NCBI RefSeq assembly: GCF_003044035.1
Contig: NZ_NVQC01000009.1
Span: 120,001-152,000 of the forward strand
Reading direction: 5' to 3'
DNA: 32,000 nucleotides
Source: Candidatus Methylomirabilis limnetica
GTDB lineage: Bacteria; Methylomirabilota; Methylomirabilia; Methylomirabilales; Methylomirabilaceae
Position numbers and translations under genes: made by a program. Under the pieces are notes generated by a model, which worked only from the letters and a program-made list of their open reading frames with translations, was not told the origin of the DNA and searched no databases. Positions 16,781 through 26,859 of the stretch are shown here, in pieces (position 1 is the stretch's first letter; each line of letters starts with the position of its first letter).

Positions 16781-17884
16781 ATGCCTTCTCTTTTTCAATG
16801 GAACGACACGTTTCTGACCCATATTGACTCCGTTGATGAACAGCATCAGCGACTGGTTGGCCTGATTAACCAGCTTGGCGACATGGTGATGTCTGGCAAG
16901 GATTTTGATCCTCAGTCGCTTGCCTCGGTTCGTGACAGCATCCTGAACTATGCGATCGTTCATTTCGGTGACGAAGAGGCATTGATACGCACTGCGGGGC
17001 TTGATCCGAGATATCTCCAACGACAGTATTCCGACCATAAGGTCTTCATGCACGAAGCCACTGTTCTGGGAGACAAGGAGAGCACTCTCTCCATAGAAAA
17101 GATCATGCGTCTGGAAAACTACCTTGTCTATTGGCTAGTCCGTCATATCCTTGAAGTTGACCATAGCATGGTCCGCCAGATCCATGCTATGCGCGAGGGA
17201 AAGACACCAACCGAGGCGTTCGATCTGGAAAACGAGCTGCAGAACTCCAGCGCCGAACCCCTGTTGTCGGCAATGAATGGGCTGTTCCTCGTTGTCTCCG
17301 AGCGCAATCGTGAACTCTACGCCTTGAACCGTGATCTGGAACAACGCGTGGAGCAGCGAACGATGGAGCTGGAGCAAGCCAACCGGGAGTTGCAACTGCA
17401 GTCCACGCACGATGATCTGACGGGATTGCCCAACCGCCGATTCGCCATGCTCAGCCTCGACCAGCTATGGAAGGAGCGACAACGTTATGGCGAGCCGCTT
17501 TCCCTGCTGTTGCTCGACGCCGACCATTTTAAGCAGGTAAACGATAGTTTTGGCCACGCCCAAGGTGACGAACTCCTCCGGATTATCGCCGAGCGTTTGC
17601 GCCAGTCCGTGCGTGCCAGCGACATTGTCCACCGCCTCGGCGGCGATGAGTTTCTGGTGATCTGTCCAAGGAGCGACCGAGAGGGTGCCACGGTAGTCGC
17701 CAACAAGATCCTGACTGAATCCAGACCATTGCAAACCGCGGAAGGTGTGGAATGCTGGGATGGATCCTTGAGTATTGGCATTGCCGAGTGTAACAGCTCC
17801 ATGGCCCGGCATGAAGATCTGCTGAAAGCCGCCGATCAGGCCATGTACCTTGCAAAAAGCAAGGGTGGCGGATGCGCAGTCTGA
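16781..17884 (+). CDS. Hemerythrin-domain diguanylate cyclase (GGDEF)
   Basis: The N-terminus WNDTFLTHIDSVDEQHQRLVGLIN is of the bacteriohemerythrin type. A coiled linker follows. The C-terminal domain carries DDLTGLPNRR...LLLLDADHFKQVND..GH..GD...RLGGDEFLV, an intact GGDEF motif. Confidence 0.85.
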   Translation: MPSLFQWNDTFLTHIDSVDEQHQRLVGLINQLGDMVMSGKDFDPQSLASVRDSILNYAIVHFGDEEALIRTAGLDPRYLQRQYSDHKVFMHEATVLGDKESTLSIEKIMRLENYLVYWLVRHILEVDHSMVRQIHAMREGKTPTEAFDLENELQNSSAEPLLSAMNGLFLVVSERNRELYALNRDLEQRVEQRTMELEQANRELQLQSTHDDLTGLPNRRFAMLSLDQLWKERQRYGEPLSLLLLDADHFKQVNDSFGHAQGDELLRIIAERLRQSVRASDIVHRLGGDEFLVICPRSDREGATVVANKILTESRPLQTAEGVECWDGSLSIGIAECNSSMARHEDLLKAADQAMYLAKSKGGGCAV

Positions 17885-17940
17885 ACATCGAAAGTGAGGG
17901 CAGGAAATATGAGAATTGGATTGCGTGAAGGTGGAATTGA

Positions 17941-18042
17941 GAAAATAGGGACAGCGACTATTTGTTTAGAGTTGCCTGCATTGGCTGATAACCAGGACAT
18001 CAGCTCGGACACGGCTTCTCCGCGCCGATTATGCCCGCCGTT
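17941..18042 (+). repeat. Boundary repeat (hairpin motif variant plus type B arm) at the right end of the island
   Basis: The repeat runs from GAAAATAGGGACAGCGACTATTTGTTTAGAG... to ...GATTATGCCCGCCG|TTGAGCGC. The G|TT junction (18040/18041) is 8 nt from the mfnF-like stop codon. Confidence 0.85.
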
Positions 18043-18048
18043 GAGCGC

Positions 18049-19083
18049 TTATCCATGAGAGAGTGCCTGCCCCAAGAGGTAGGCAGCCGCCGCGCATGGG
18101 CTCAATGTTACAGATCCGCTATCGGTTAATACTGGAGGGTCGCACGTCGTAAGATACATCCGCCTTGTGCAGGCCTCCCCCAGGAAGGCGCCGATCCCCA
18201 CCGACACCACAGGCAGACGGAGGCCGTTCTCGATCCTGGAGAGGACATGAAGCATCCCCTCCGTGATCTGTTGGAGCTGTTTTTCGGCGATGTAGGCGGC
18301 CAGGGCGTGAAGCTCTCCGGCCGTGAGATGCTTGCTGTCCTCGCAGGCCACCCTGGCCAGGCGTTCTAGTGCTCCCTCTTTAGTTTTCTCGCGGCCGTCA
18401 GGAGTCGCGCAGGTGTAGTCTTCTGGCGTTAGCCTCCCCAATGCCAGATAGACGTCCGCCGAGATGGCGAAGTATTCAGCCGCGATTCGACAGATTACCC
18501 CTCGCATGGGGATCTGGGACACGATGGCCGCAACAGGCGTGCGGAGGGCGCCCGTGTAGATCAGCTCCCCGTGCGCTAATCGTTCGATATCCCGCTTGCC
18601 CTGTGCGGCGAGCTTTCCGTCCAGGATCGGAATCAGATCGGTGGTGGTGCTGCCGATATCCATCATCAGGCAGTTCGGTTGTCGACTCGCCAATACCCGC
18701 GCCTCGGCGATCCAATTCGTTGCCGCAAGGGTTAGGAGATCCGCCTCCCCCCCGTCTAAGCGAACGATCCGGCCCTCGAGATCGATGGCATATAGTGGGA
18801 TCCCGGGGATCGCCTCTCTCACCGCGTCGATGATGTATGCCACCCCTTCGGCCCTGTCGTGGAACGCATCACAGAGCTCCCCAGTCATGGTCAACACCAT
18901 CGCATCGGCCGATCCCAGATCGCTGTGGATCTCCTGCAGGAGTGGGTGGAGACCTTCTCTCTTGTTCCACAGCTCAAAATAGCGGCGAACCGTGCGCCCA
19001 CTCTCGGCGCGCCCGTCAGTGAATAGAAGGCGGGCTGCCTTCACGTTCGCGCCGCCGATGTCCCATCCGATCACCCGGATCAC
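18049..19083 (-). CDS. mfnF: Hydantoinase/oxoprolinase-fold H4MPT-linked C1-transfer-pathway protein (MfnF-like)
   Basis: MIRVIGWDIGGANVKAA...MDIGSTTTDLIPI is an ASKHA-type fold typical of this family. The gene overlaps the upstream ATP-grasp gene by 4 nt. Confidence 0.6.
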   Translation of the reverse strand: MIRVIGWDIGGANVKAARLLFTDGRAESGRTVRRYFELWNKREGLHPLLQEIHSDLGSADAMVLTMTGELCDAFHDRAEGVAYIIDAVREAIPGIPLYAIDLEGRIVRLDGGEADLLTLAATNWIAEARVLASRQPNCLMMDIGSTTTDLIPILDGKLAAQGKRDIERLAHGELIYTGALRTPVAAIVSQIPMRGVICRIAAEYFAISADVYLALGRLTPEDYTCATPDGREKTKEGALERLARVACEDSKHLTAGELHALAAYIAEKQLQQITEGMLHVLSRIENGLRLPVVSVGIGAFLGEACTRRMYLTTCDPPVLTDSGSVTLSPCAAAAYLLGQALSHG

Positions 19084-20129
19084 TGCCGGCTCCCCGAGGC
19101 TTTCACGTCACAGGGGCGCGTGGTAAACCGCGCAGACCCGACAATGTGGACCGCGGCAGGATCCGGAAGCTTGCCTGCCACCGCGTCAAGAATCAGGGCC
19201 GCCAGATTCTGCCGAAGGACCTTTCGGACCCCGACATACGAGGTCGTGAGGCGAGGGTTCACGTCGATGACCACCGCGTCGTGATCGGTCAGGACCATAT
19301 CGATCCCGACATACCCCTTGAGGCCCGAAATCGCCTGCACCACCTCCTCGGCTCGACGGAACGCCAGGGCGCGGATAGGATGATCAAACGGGACACAGCC
19401 CCCGTAATACTTGAGCCTACTCCGCCCTCTGATCTCCTGGAGGTTCAAGGTCAGGGGGAGAGACCGACTCCCGTCGGTGAGGAGCGAGACGCTGACAGCA
19501 ACGCCGTCGATGTAGGTTTGTGCGAGGAGTGTTTCGCCCCGTACCGTCTGCCTGGCCACCGCGATCGTCCGCTCCAATTCCGATTGTCGCCTTGCGATGA
19601 AAACGCTGTGACACCCCACCCCGTCGATCGGTTTCACCACCACAGGGTAGCCAAGCCGGCGGCCTACCGACGCCGGGTCATCAGCAGGCCGAAGGCGGAG
19701 AGTCCTGGGGGTAGGGATGCCGCACGCCTTCAGCAGCCGGTATGTCAGCGTCTTGTCGCCGGCCGCTTTGATACCGGCAGTACTGCAACCCAGCACTAAC
19801 TTGCCGCAGGCCTCGACCATCCCCGTGATCGCTTCAAGCAGGCCGCCTGTCTCTGGGGCTACCAGGAACGCGGCATCCGCCTCCTCGACCATCTGCGCGA
19901 AGCAGTGATAGTAGCTGGTCCCGCTGTCAACAACCTGAAGTCCCGGGTGAGCAGGGAGCAGTGGAAGGTACCTCCGATCGACCTGCACTGAAAGCTGGTG
20001 CGCTTCCAGCGGAAGCAGATCGGCGAGAAGCGCTTCAAGCATCATTCGCCCCTCTGCCACCAGTGTCGGGGCGACCCGACTTCCGCCCAGCCCTCCTGCT
20101 GTGATAGATTCGTGCACAACGATCTTCAT
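19080..20129 (-). CDS. mfnD: ATP-grasp ligase (MfnD-like tyramine-glutamate ligase type)
   Basis: The start ATG is at 20129 (MKIVVHESITAGGL...). The ATP-grasp body includes ...GYPVVVKPIDGVGCHSV.... The 91 upstream codons of the tracked ORF overlap the divergent gene and are unlikely to be coding. Confidence 0.6.
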   Translation of the reverse strand: MKIVVHESITAGGLGGSRVAPTLVAEGRMMLEALLADLLPLEAHQLSVQVDRRYLPLLPAHPGLQVVDSGTSYYHCFAQMVEEADAAFLVAPETGGLLEAITGMVEACGKLVLGCSTAGIKAAGDKTLTYRLLKACGIPTPRTLRLRPADDPASVGRRLGYPVVVKPIDGVGCHSVFIARRQSELERTIAVARQTVRGETLLAQTYIDGVAVSVSLLTDGSRSLPLTLNLQEIRGRSRLKYYGGCVPFDHPIRALAFRRAEEVVQAISGLKGYVGIDMVLTDHDAVVIDVNPRLTTSYVGVRKVLRQNLAALILDAVAGKLPDPAAVHIVGSARFTTRPCDVKASGSRQ

Positions 20130-20153
20130 CGTGGAGAAGGAGCGATTACTGCC

Positions 20154-20897
20154 ATGCAGATCATACCCGTCATCGATGTTATGCGAGGGGTTGCGGTCCA
20201 TGCCCGCCGCGGAGAGCGGATGGTGTACAGACCGATCCAGAGCGTTCTGCTGCAAGGAGCCGATCCTGTCGCCCTCCTGCGGGCGTACCGTGAAACCTTC
20301 GAGAGTGAAGCGGTGTATGTTGCCGATCTGGATGCCATCATGGGCAGCGGCGACAATCTGACCATCATCGCTGAGATGGCTGTCTCCGAGCCACAGCTCC
20401 AAATTATTGTTGATGCCGGCATTCGTAGCGTCGAGCAGGCGAAGTCGCTGCTTGACGCTGGCGCGAGTAAGGTGATCGTCGCCTCGGAATCGCTGGCGAG
20501 CCTTGACGCAGCCGCGCGACTCCTCGCCGCGCTAGGAACCGGAAGAGCGCTCTTTAGCCTAGACCTCAAGAATCGAGCCGTCATCTGGCGAAACTCCTCT
20601 ACCGAAACGCGAGACCCCTACGAGGTGGCAACCGCCCTCATGTCGCTTGGGTTTCGCGAGGCGATCTTTTTGGAAATGGACAGGATCGGCACGGGCGGCG
20701 GGGCAGGCGCAGAACTGTTCGGGAGGGTCACAACGGCCGCACCTGGCATGCGATTCATCGTGGGTGGCGGAATTACTTCGGCTGCGGAGCTCGTGCGGCT
20801 GAATCGCGCGGGTGCCTCCGGGGTGTTACTGGCCACTGCGCTGCACGACGGAACCATCACACGGCAGGACCTGATCCGCGTACAGGCGGACGACTAG
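20154..20897 (+). CDS. HisA/HisF-fold (beta/alpha)8 barrel protein of the C1-cofactor cluster type
   Basis: MQIIPVIDVMRGVAVHA...VYVADLDAI...IVGGGI is ProFAR-isomerase-like. The start is at 20154, 24 nt from the divergent ATP-grasp gene. Confidence 0.7.
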   Translation: MQIIPVIDVMRGVAVHARRGERMVYRPIQSVLLQGADPVALLRAYRETFESEAVYVADLDAIMGSGDNLTIIAEMAVSEPQLQIIVDAGIRSVEQAKSLLDAGASKVIVASESLASLDAAARLLAALGTGRALFSLDLKNRAVIWRNSSTETRDPYEVATALMSLGFREAIFLEMDRIGTGGGAGAELFGRVTTAAPGMRFIVGGGITSAAELVRLNRAGASGVLLATALHDGTITRQDLIRVQADD

Positions 20898-21382
20898 AAG
20901 ATCTCCTCGTAGGAGGCTTCCTGTCCGAACGATTCCTGTACGCCAACCTTAATCGCGGTCACACCACCGCCCCCAAATTGGCTCTTGATCTCTTCCCGCA
21001 ACACTCCGCAGATGTATCTGGCCAACAGCTCTGCGCTGGTGTTGTGGATCGGAAGCAGCAGCACATCTTCCGCCGGAAAGCTGTACTGCTTATTGCCATA
21101 GATTACCCCGACCACCGAATCGCCTGGATCGATCCTCAAATCCTCATTTTCGGTCGGCAGCATGACCTTGTGATCCAGCCGCTCGCAGACCTGTTTCATG
21201 AGCGGCTTGACGACGAGGAAATCGAGGACGTAGTCGCTTGGCTGAAGCGACCCTTCCAGTTCCACCCAGGCCCTGTAGTTGTGGCCGTGAAGGGTCTCGC
21301 ACTTGCCATTACCGAAGAGCACGAAGTGGGCCGAGCTGAATTTGAGATTCTCATGGTCAACCCTGATGCGAAAAGCAGCCAT
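20894..21382 (-). CDS. 6-pyruvoyl-tetrahydropterin synthase / QueD-family protein
   Basis: FSSAHFVLFGNGKCETLHGHNY is a PTPS-type zinc/His motif. Confidence 0.75.
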   Translation of the reverse strand: MAAFRIRVDHENLKFSSAHFVLFGNGKCETLHGHNYRAWVELEGSLQPSDYVLDFLVVKPLMKQVCERLDHKVMLPTENEDLRIDPGDSVVGVIYGNKQYSFPAEDVLLLPIHNTSAELLARYICGVLREEIKSQFGGGGVTAIKVGVQESFGQEASYEEIF

Positions 21383-21680
21383 TTTACCTCCTCACATGTT
21401 ACCCTTGTGTCGCCAGTTGGAAGCTATCGCACCGACGCACCAGATGTCAAGCCAGATCTGCTATCGTTTTGAAACAACCGCTAGACAGATAGTAGGGGCA
21501 AGTGGTAAAATTCCGTCCGCGCGGGTTCGGAAATGCGGTCGTGATACTGCTATCGCCATAACATGAAACGGATGGTGGCGCTTTCAACTTTGAAGTGGCG
21601 GCGAGATCATGCTTGACCCGCTCTAACGCCAGAACATTATTCCGTCATCAATGCAAGCTAGGTACATGGAGGTGATTCAG

Positions 21681-21947
21681 ATGGCGAAGATCACCCCGCT
21701 CCTGCTCGGTATCGGCGGGGACAGTGGGACCGGGGAGTCCACGTGTGCCGGCGGCATCTACAAAATCTTCGGTTCTGAGAAGATTACCAACATCAATCTT
21801 GACGATGACCACACGTTCGACCGCGCTCAACGCAAGACCTATTGTTTCACCGCCCTTCATCCAGCGGCCAACAACATGTCCTTAATGGGTAAGCAGGCCC
21901 GGCAGAAAGCCCCGCAAGAAGGGCCCGCAGAAATGGCAGGAGGATAA
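21681..21947 (+). pseudogene. prk: Phosphoribulokinase N-terminal remnant (88 codons)
   Basis: LLLGIGGDSGTGESTCAGGIYKIFGSEKITNINLDDDHTFDRAQRKTYCFTALHPAANNMSLM parallels the first quarter of PRK/uridine-kinase-family proteins. The Walker lysine is Glu (GTGEST), and the frame stops 3 nt before gap. Confidence 0.55.
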
Positions 21948-21950
21948 TCG

Positions 21951-23009
21951 ATGGCTGGGATTGCTATCAACGGATTCGGGCGAATCGGTCGGTTGGCGTT
22001 TCGGGCCGCGTGGGAGCAGAAGCTGGGCCTCGACCTGGTGGCCATCAACGATCCGGCCGGCGCGAACACTGATGCGCTGTTACTGGAATTCGACTCCAAC
22101 TACGGGCCCTTCCCCGCAAAGGTGGAGAGCGACGAAGGAAGCATGCGGATAGATGGGAAGCGGGTCTTGGTCTTCCGGGAGCGCGATTGGACCAAACTTC
22201 ACTGGTCGGATGTAGGGGTCGACATCGTGTTGGAGTGCAGCGGTCGGGGAACGAGCCGCCAGGAGGCTGAAAAGCATCTCGCGGCTGGGGCGAAACGGGT
22301 GCTGATTTCAGCCCCTGCAAAGGACGAGGACATCACTATTGTTCTCGGTGTCAACCAGGAACGATACGATCCGGCCCTTCACCGGATTATCTCCAATGGG
22401 TCCTGTACGACAAATGGCCTCGCACCGGTGGTGAAGGTTCTCCTTAATACATTCGGGATCCAATGGGGGTTCATGAGTACGGTACACAGCTACACCAATT
22501 CGCAATCTATTCACGATCGCGGGACGGAAGACGTTCGAGAATCAAGGGCCGCCGCCCTCAACATCATCCCGACCGACACCGGAGCTGCGCGGGCCCTTGT
22601 GAAGGTGATTCCCGAGCTCGCCGGCCGTTTCAACGGGATGGCGTTTCGGGTCCCAACGCCCACGGTCTCCGTGATTGACCTTGTCGCGGAGGTTGATCGT
22701 GACGTGACAATCGATACGGTCAATGCTGCCTTCAGAGAAGCAGCTAAGGGGTCGCTTCGCGGGATCCTCGATGTCTGTGACCGGCCACTGGTCTCGATGG
22801 ACTTCAAGGGAAATCCGCACTCTTCTATCGTGGACGCCCTCATGACGCTGGTCCTGAAGGACCGGATTGTGAAGGTTGTGGCCTGGTATGACAACGAGTG
22901 GGGGTATTCGTGCCGGATGGCCGACTTGGCCGCCTACGTTGCCTCTCAAGACCTCAAGCGTGATCAGCAGCGGCTCTGGGGCGTCGCGAAGGACACAAAG
23001 TCAGCATAG
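21951..23009 (+). CDS. gap: Glyceraldehyde-3-phosphate dehydrogenase, type I
   Basis: INGFGRIGR, SNGSCTTNGLAPV and WYDNEWGYS are present over a full-length 352-aa product. Confidence 0.95.
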   Translation: MAGIAINGFGRIGRLAFRAAWEQKLGLDLVAINDPAGANTDALLLEFDSNYGPFPAKVESDEGSMRIDGKRVLVFRERDWTKLHWSDVGVDIVLECSGRGTSRQEAEKHLAAGAKRVLISAPAKDEDITIVLGVNQERYDPALHRIISNGSCTTNGLAPVVKVLLNTFGIQWGFMSTVHSYTNSQSIHDRGTEDVRESRAAALNIIPTDTGAARALVKVIPELAGRFNGMAFRVPTPTVSVIDLVAEVDRDVTIDTVNAAFREAAKGSLRGILDVCDRPLVSMDFKGNPHSSIVDALMTLVLKDRIVKVVAWYDNEWGYSCRMADLAAYVASQDLKRDQQRLWGVAKDTKSA

Positions 23010-23125
23010 ACAGTGAAAACGGGTGAGGTTACTACGGACGCATAAGGTCGCTCAGACAGTTTCACGACATGGATGCCGGCATGATCAGCGGCGATCTGCA
23101 AAACAGGGTGGAGGGTAGAAGGTAT

Positions 23126-25147
23126 ATGGGGGAATCAGTGAAAACCGATCAGGAATCGCTCGATCAGTTGTGCATCAATACCATTCGAACGCTGGCAATG
23201 GATGGGGTTCAAAAGGCGAACTCGGGGCATCCGGGCCTTCCCATGGGGGCCGCCTCCATGGCGTACGTCCTTTGGGAGCGCCACCTCCGACATAATCCGA
23301 CTCATCCCGCGTGGCCGAATCGTGATCGGTTTATCCTTTCACCTGGCCATGGTTGTATGCTCCTGTATTGCCTCCTTCACCTGACCGGGTACGATCTCCT
23401 CCTCGATGAAATCAAGCAATTCCGCCAATGGGGTAGCCGAACCCCCGGACATTCGGAGCATGGCGTGACACCAGGGGTGGAGACGACGACGGGTCCCCTT
23501 GGCCAGGGTTTCGGCAACGGCGTCGGGATGGCGATCACCGAGCGATTTTTGGCCCATCACTTTAACCGGCCAGGACATCTGATCGTTGACCATTTTACTT
23601 ACGCCATCGTGAGCGACGGGGACCTTATGGAGGGGGTCACCTCCGAAGCGGCCTCTCTTGCCGGACACCTTGGCTTGGGTAAACTCATCTACCTGTACGA
23701 CGATAACCGGATTACCATCGATGGCAGCACTGACCTGGCCTTCACCGAGAATGTTGGACAGCGCTTTGAAGCCTATGGGTGGCATGTTCAGCGAGTGGAT
23801 GGGGACGACGTTCACATGATCGATACCGCGATCAGCGCGGCCCAAGCCGAGCAGGGTCGCCCATCGATCATTATTGCCAGAACTCACATCGCCTACGGCA
23901 GCCCCAATAAGCAGGACACGTCAGAGGCTCACGGGTCGCCTCTTGGAGAAGAGGAGGTTCGGCTCACAAAGGAGGCTTTGGGCTGGCCGCTGGAACCTGC
24001 GTTCTATATCCCAGATGAGGCTCTGACTAACTTTCGAGAGGCCCTGCAGAAGGGTCGTGCTTTGGAAACAGAGTGGCAGGCTCAGTTCGATGTCTATGCT
24101 GCTGCGTATCCAGAACTTGCTGAAGAGTGGATCAGGGGGATGAGCGGTCAACTCCCCGAGGGCTGGATCGAGAAGATCCCGATCTTTACCCCTGCCGGGG
24201 GGAACCTGGCAACCCGCGAGGCGTCAGGCAAGGTGCTCAATGCTATCGCCCAATCCCTGCCGACCCTCATCGGCGGCTCGGCCGATCTGGCCCCATCGAA
24301 CAACACCCACCTGAAAGGATATAGCGACTTCCAGGGGTCAAGCCCAGGGGGTCGGAACTTTCACTTTGGTGTTCGAGAGCACGCGATGGGGTCGATCCTC
24401 AACGGTATGGCACTGCACGGTGGCGTGACCCCGTATGGTGGAACCTTCCTCGTCTTTTCCGATTACATGCGTCCCGCCATCCGGGTAGCTGCGCTTTCGC
24501 ACATACATGTGATCTATGTCTTCACCCATGACAGCATCGGTTTGGGCGAAGATGGCCCCACCCACCAGCCGATTGAGCACTTGTCTTCCCTCCGGGCCAT
24601 GCCTAATCTTACAGTCATCCGCCCGGCAGATGCGACAGAAACTGCCGTCGCCTGGCGCGTTGCTCTGGAACACCGTGACGGGCCCGTGGCGCTGGCCCTC
24701 ACCAGACAAAAGCTCCCGGTTCTCGACCGGACCAAATTCCCGCCTGCCGAACTCCTCCTGAAGGGCGCGTATGTCCTGGCTGATGCTGACCAGGGTCATC
24801 CTCGCGTCATTCTCATAGCCACCGGGTCGGAAGTGCAGGTGGCCCTGGAGGCGTGGGGACGACTGACCGATGAAGGCATCCCCGCGCGTGTCGTCAGCAT
24901 GCCGAGCTGGGAGTTGTTTGATCGACAGCCGGAGGCGTATCGCAACGAGGTGCTTCCCCCAACAGTGACCGCCCGCCTTGCCATCGAGGCTGGATCTCCG
25001 CACGGTTGGCACCGCTACGTTGGCCTCCTCGGAGGGGTGATCGGCATGACACGATTTGGAGCCTCCGCACCGATTCAAGTCCTCATGCAGCAATTCGGCT
25101 TTACACCTGAGCATGTGGTGTCCCGAGCTAAGGAGCTCATGGCATGA
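23126..25147 (+). CDS. tkt: Transketolase
   Basis: [36 protein letters not shown]-type TPP motifs and [16 protein letters not shown] are present. The start ATG at 23126 has a GGAGGG RBS. Confidence 0.93.
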   Translation: MGESVKTDQESLDQLCINTIRTLAMDGVQKANSGHPGLPMGAASMAYVLWERHLRHNPTHPAWPNRDRFILSPGHGCMLLYCLLHLTGYDLLLDEIKQFRQWGSRTPGHSEHGVTPGVETTTGPLGQGFGNGVGMAITERFLAHHFNRPGHLIVDHFTYAIVSDGDLMEGVTSEAASLAGHLGLGKLIYLYDDNRITIDGSTDLAFTENVGQRFEAYGWHVQRVDGDDVHMIDTAISAAQAEQGRPSIIIARTHIAYGSPNKQDTSEAHGSPLGEEEVRLTKEALGWPLEPAFYIPDEALTNFREALQKGRALETEWQAQFDVYAAAYPELAEEWIRGMSGQLPEGWIEKIPIFTPAGGNLATREASGKVLNAIAQSLPTLIGGSADLAPSNNTHLKGYSDFQGSSPGGRNFHFGVREHAMGSILNGMALHGGVTPYGGTFLVFSDYMRPAIRVAALSHIHVIYVFTHDSIGLGEDGPTHQPIEHLSSLRAMPNLTVIRPADATETAVAWRVALEHRDGPVALALTRQKLPVLDRTKFPPAELLLKGAYVLADADQGHPRVILIATGSEVQVALEAWGRLTDEGIPARVVSMPSWELFDRQPEAYRNEVLPPTVTARLAIEAGSPHGWHRYVGLLGGVIGMTRFGASAPIQVLMQQFGFTPEHVVSRAKELMA

Positions 25148-25180
25148 ATCCCGCAGGAGGGGCAACAATAGAAACAGGGT

Positions 25181-25230
25181 TTAGGGTATAGGGTAGTAGA
25201 AAGATCTCAACTCGCGAGCCTATACCCTAA
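25181..25230. repeat. 12-bp-arm inverted repeat downstream of tkt
   Basis: The arms are TTAGGGTATAGG (25181-25192) and CCTATACCCTAA (25219-25230). Confidence 0.6.
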
Positions 25231-25249
25231 CTGTGACGTAACGCTACAG

Positions 25250-25293
25250 AAAAGAACGCGCCTCAGCGACCATTCCTGGGGCGCGTTCTTTTT
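25250..25293 (+). terminator. Rho-independent terminator after tkt
   Basis: The sequence is AAAAGAACGCGCC-N17-GGCGCGTTCTTTTT, a 9-bp GC-rich stem followed by a T-run (with an A-run on the other side). Confidence 0.7.
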
Positions 25294-25416
25294 ATGAGGG
25301 CTTACCGCCAGAGGGGCGTACTCCAGCTCATCGATGGTCGGCTCGATATCAGCGCCAGAATTCGCTTGTCCAATGAGGGCTCGTACCCTACATTTCGAGT
25401 GAGAGGGAGGTACGTT

Positions 25417-25815
25417 ATGGGTTCAACAAAGGAGGAGGGGTCCATGTCAAAAGGCAAAGAGTGCTCGGTCATTTCGGACGAGGAGGTGGCCAAGCGTCTG
25501 GAGCAAGAGCTGCCAGGGTGGTACCTGGAGGGGAGATGGATCAGGAGGAAGTTCAATACCGACGGCTGGCCAACTACGCTCATGCTGGTGGGCGCGATCG
25601 CCTACATGGCAGAGGCCGCTTGGCATCACCCGGACCTGGAGGTCACATGGGGAAAGGTCTGGGTAAAGCTGATGACTCATTCCGCCGGGGGGATCACTGA
25701 AAAGGATTTTACCCTTGCCAAGCAGATCGAGCAGTCGGTGCTCTGGCGACCAGGCGAGAGCTCTCCTCTTGACGGCACACCAAACAAATGGGTTCGCGGC
25801 GGCAGCAAAGAGTAG
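25417..25815 (+). CDS. Pterin-4a-carbinolamine dehydratase (PCD/DCoH family)
   Basis: ...LPGWYLEG..IRRKFNTDGWPTTLMLVGAIAYMAEAAWHHPDLEVTWGKVWVKLMTHSAGGITEKDF is the PCD signature. Either the ATG at 25417 or the one at 25444 is a possible start, and both have RBSs. Confidence 0.8.
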   Translation: MGSTKEEGSMSKGKECSVISDEEVAKRLEQELPGWYLEGRWIRRKFNTDGWPTTLMLVGAIAYMAEAAWHHPDLEVTWGKVWVKLMTHSAGGITEKDFTLAKQIEQSVLWRPGESSPLDGTPNKWVRGGSKE

Positions 25816-25884
25816 GGCGTGGGGAAGCGTTCAGCAATCAGCCTTCAGCTTTTCTTGTGTCTTGCTGATAACTGACCGCTGAAC

Positions 25885-26646
25885 CTAAAAGTAATACGAG
25901 ACCCCCAGCAGATACATGCTCGAATTAACGCCGACGTTGGGGCTTTTGCGGCCTCCGTTCGAGATGTGATGTAAGCCCACTTGTCCGGTAATCGCCAGGT
26001 TGTCGTTCACAAAGTAATTCACTCCAGGACCACTCATGATAGTGAAGTTGACCTGGCTGTTGAGGTCCCGTGGGATGTGGAGATTCCAATGTAGGATACC
26101 AATACCAGCCTCGAAGAACGGCACCCACCGAGTGCCCGTCACAAAATTGTAGCGGAGGAGGATGCTTGCGCCTTCGCCAAAGGTTTTAGTCGGCTCACTG
26201 ATAAACATGAAGGTCGGCTCGAAGATGACTTCCAGGCTCCCACGAACCGGAAAAGGGCCATGGACATCGGTGACTGTGTACCCAATCTGGAAAAATAGCG
26301 GAGCGAAGTTGACACCGGACTCACGTCCGGCAAAAATTTTGTGAGAGTCACCATAGCCAGACTTGACCCCTAAATGCCACGTTCCCGATTGGAACCCTTC
26401 TTCCGGGCTGAATGTCGGTTTTTTCTCCGTCTCAATCTGACGGGAATCCTCCGTGCCGGCAAAGGCAAGGGTGCGGGCGGCAATTAGTTCAGTCTCGCGC
26501 CCTAGCGTGACCGTCTGTTGACTTGGGGCTCCCTTATCGGCCGTCAACAGTGGTAGTGAGGTCTCAGCCCATGATATGGCAGGTGGTAGGATCGCGAACA
26601 TAGCTAGCCAGATACAAACCGGTATACGCCTCAATTTATTGACCAT
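25885..26646 (-). CDS. Outer-membrane beta-barrel, PagL/acyloxyacyl-hydrolase-like
   Basis: The protein has a signal peptide, alternating beta-strand patterns, an HHISNGG motif and a C-terminal ...LLGVSYYF. Confidence 0.5.
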   Translation of the reverse strand: MVNKLRRIPVCIWLAMFAILPPAISWAETSLPLLTADKGAPSQQTVTLGRETELIAARTLAFAGTEDSRQIETEKKPTFSPEEGFQSGTWHLGVKSGYGDSHKIFAGRESGVNFAPLFFQIGYTVTDVHGPFPVRGSLEVIFEPTFMFISEPTKTFGEGASILLRYNFVTGTRWVPFFEAGIGILHWNLHIPRDLNSQVNFTIMSGPGVNYFVNDNLAITGQVGLHHISNGGRKSPNVGVNSSMYLLGVSYYF

Positions 26647-26859
26647 CGATGTCTCCTCTGGAGTGCAAGTGCCTTAGGCGTCACGCCTCATCCACCCCGA
26701 TCATGTCCTTTCGAGTGGCGCTACACACCGCTTCCAAGATCTCGAACCCACCACCTCGACAGCCGTAGGTTGGGTCGGTCACAGCTTCCACGGTCGAAAA
26801 GCGCTGAGTAGTGTTACTCGATTCCTGGTACGACCCATTCGACAGGCTCAGGACAGGCT

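Noticed and set aside
24338-25168. A 276-aa ORF antisense to tkt. The 217-aa ORF at 19146..19799 antisense to the ATP-grasp gene is a similar case.
   Set aside because: The opposite strands encode clear transketolase and ATP-grasp proteins. The antisense products have no recognisable features.
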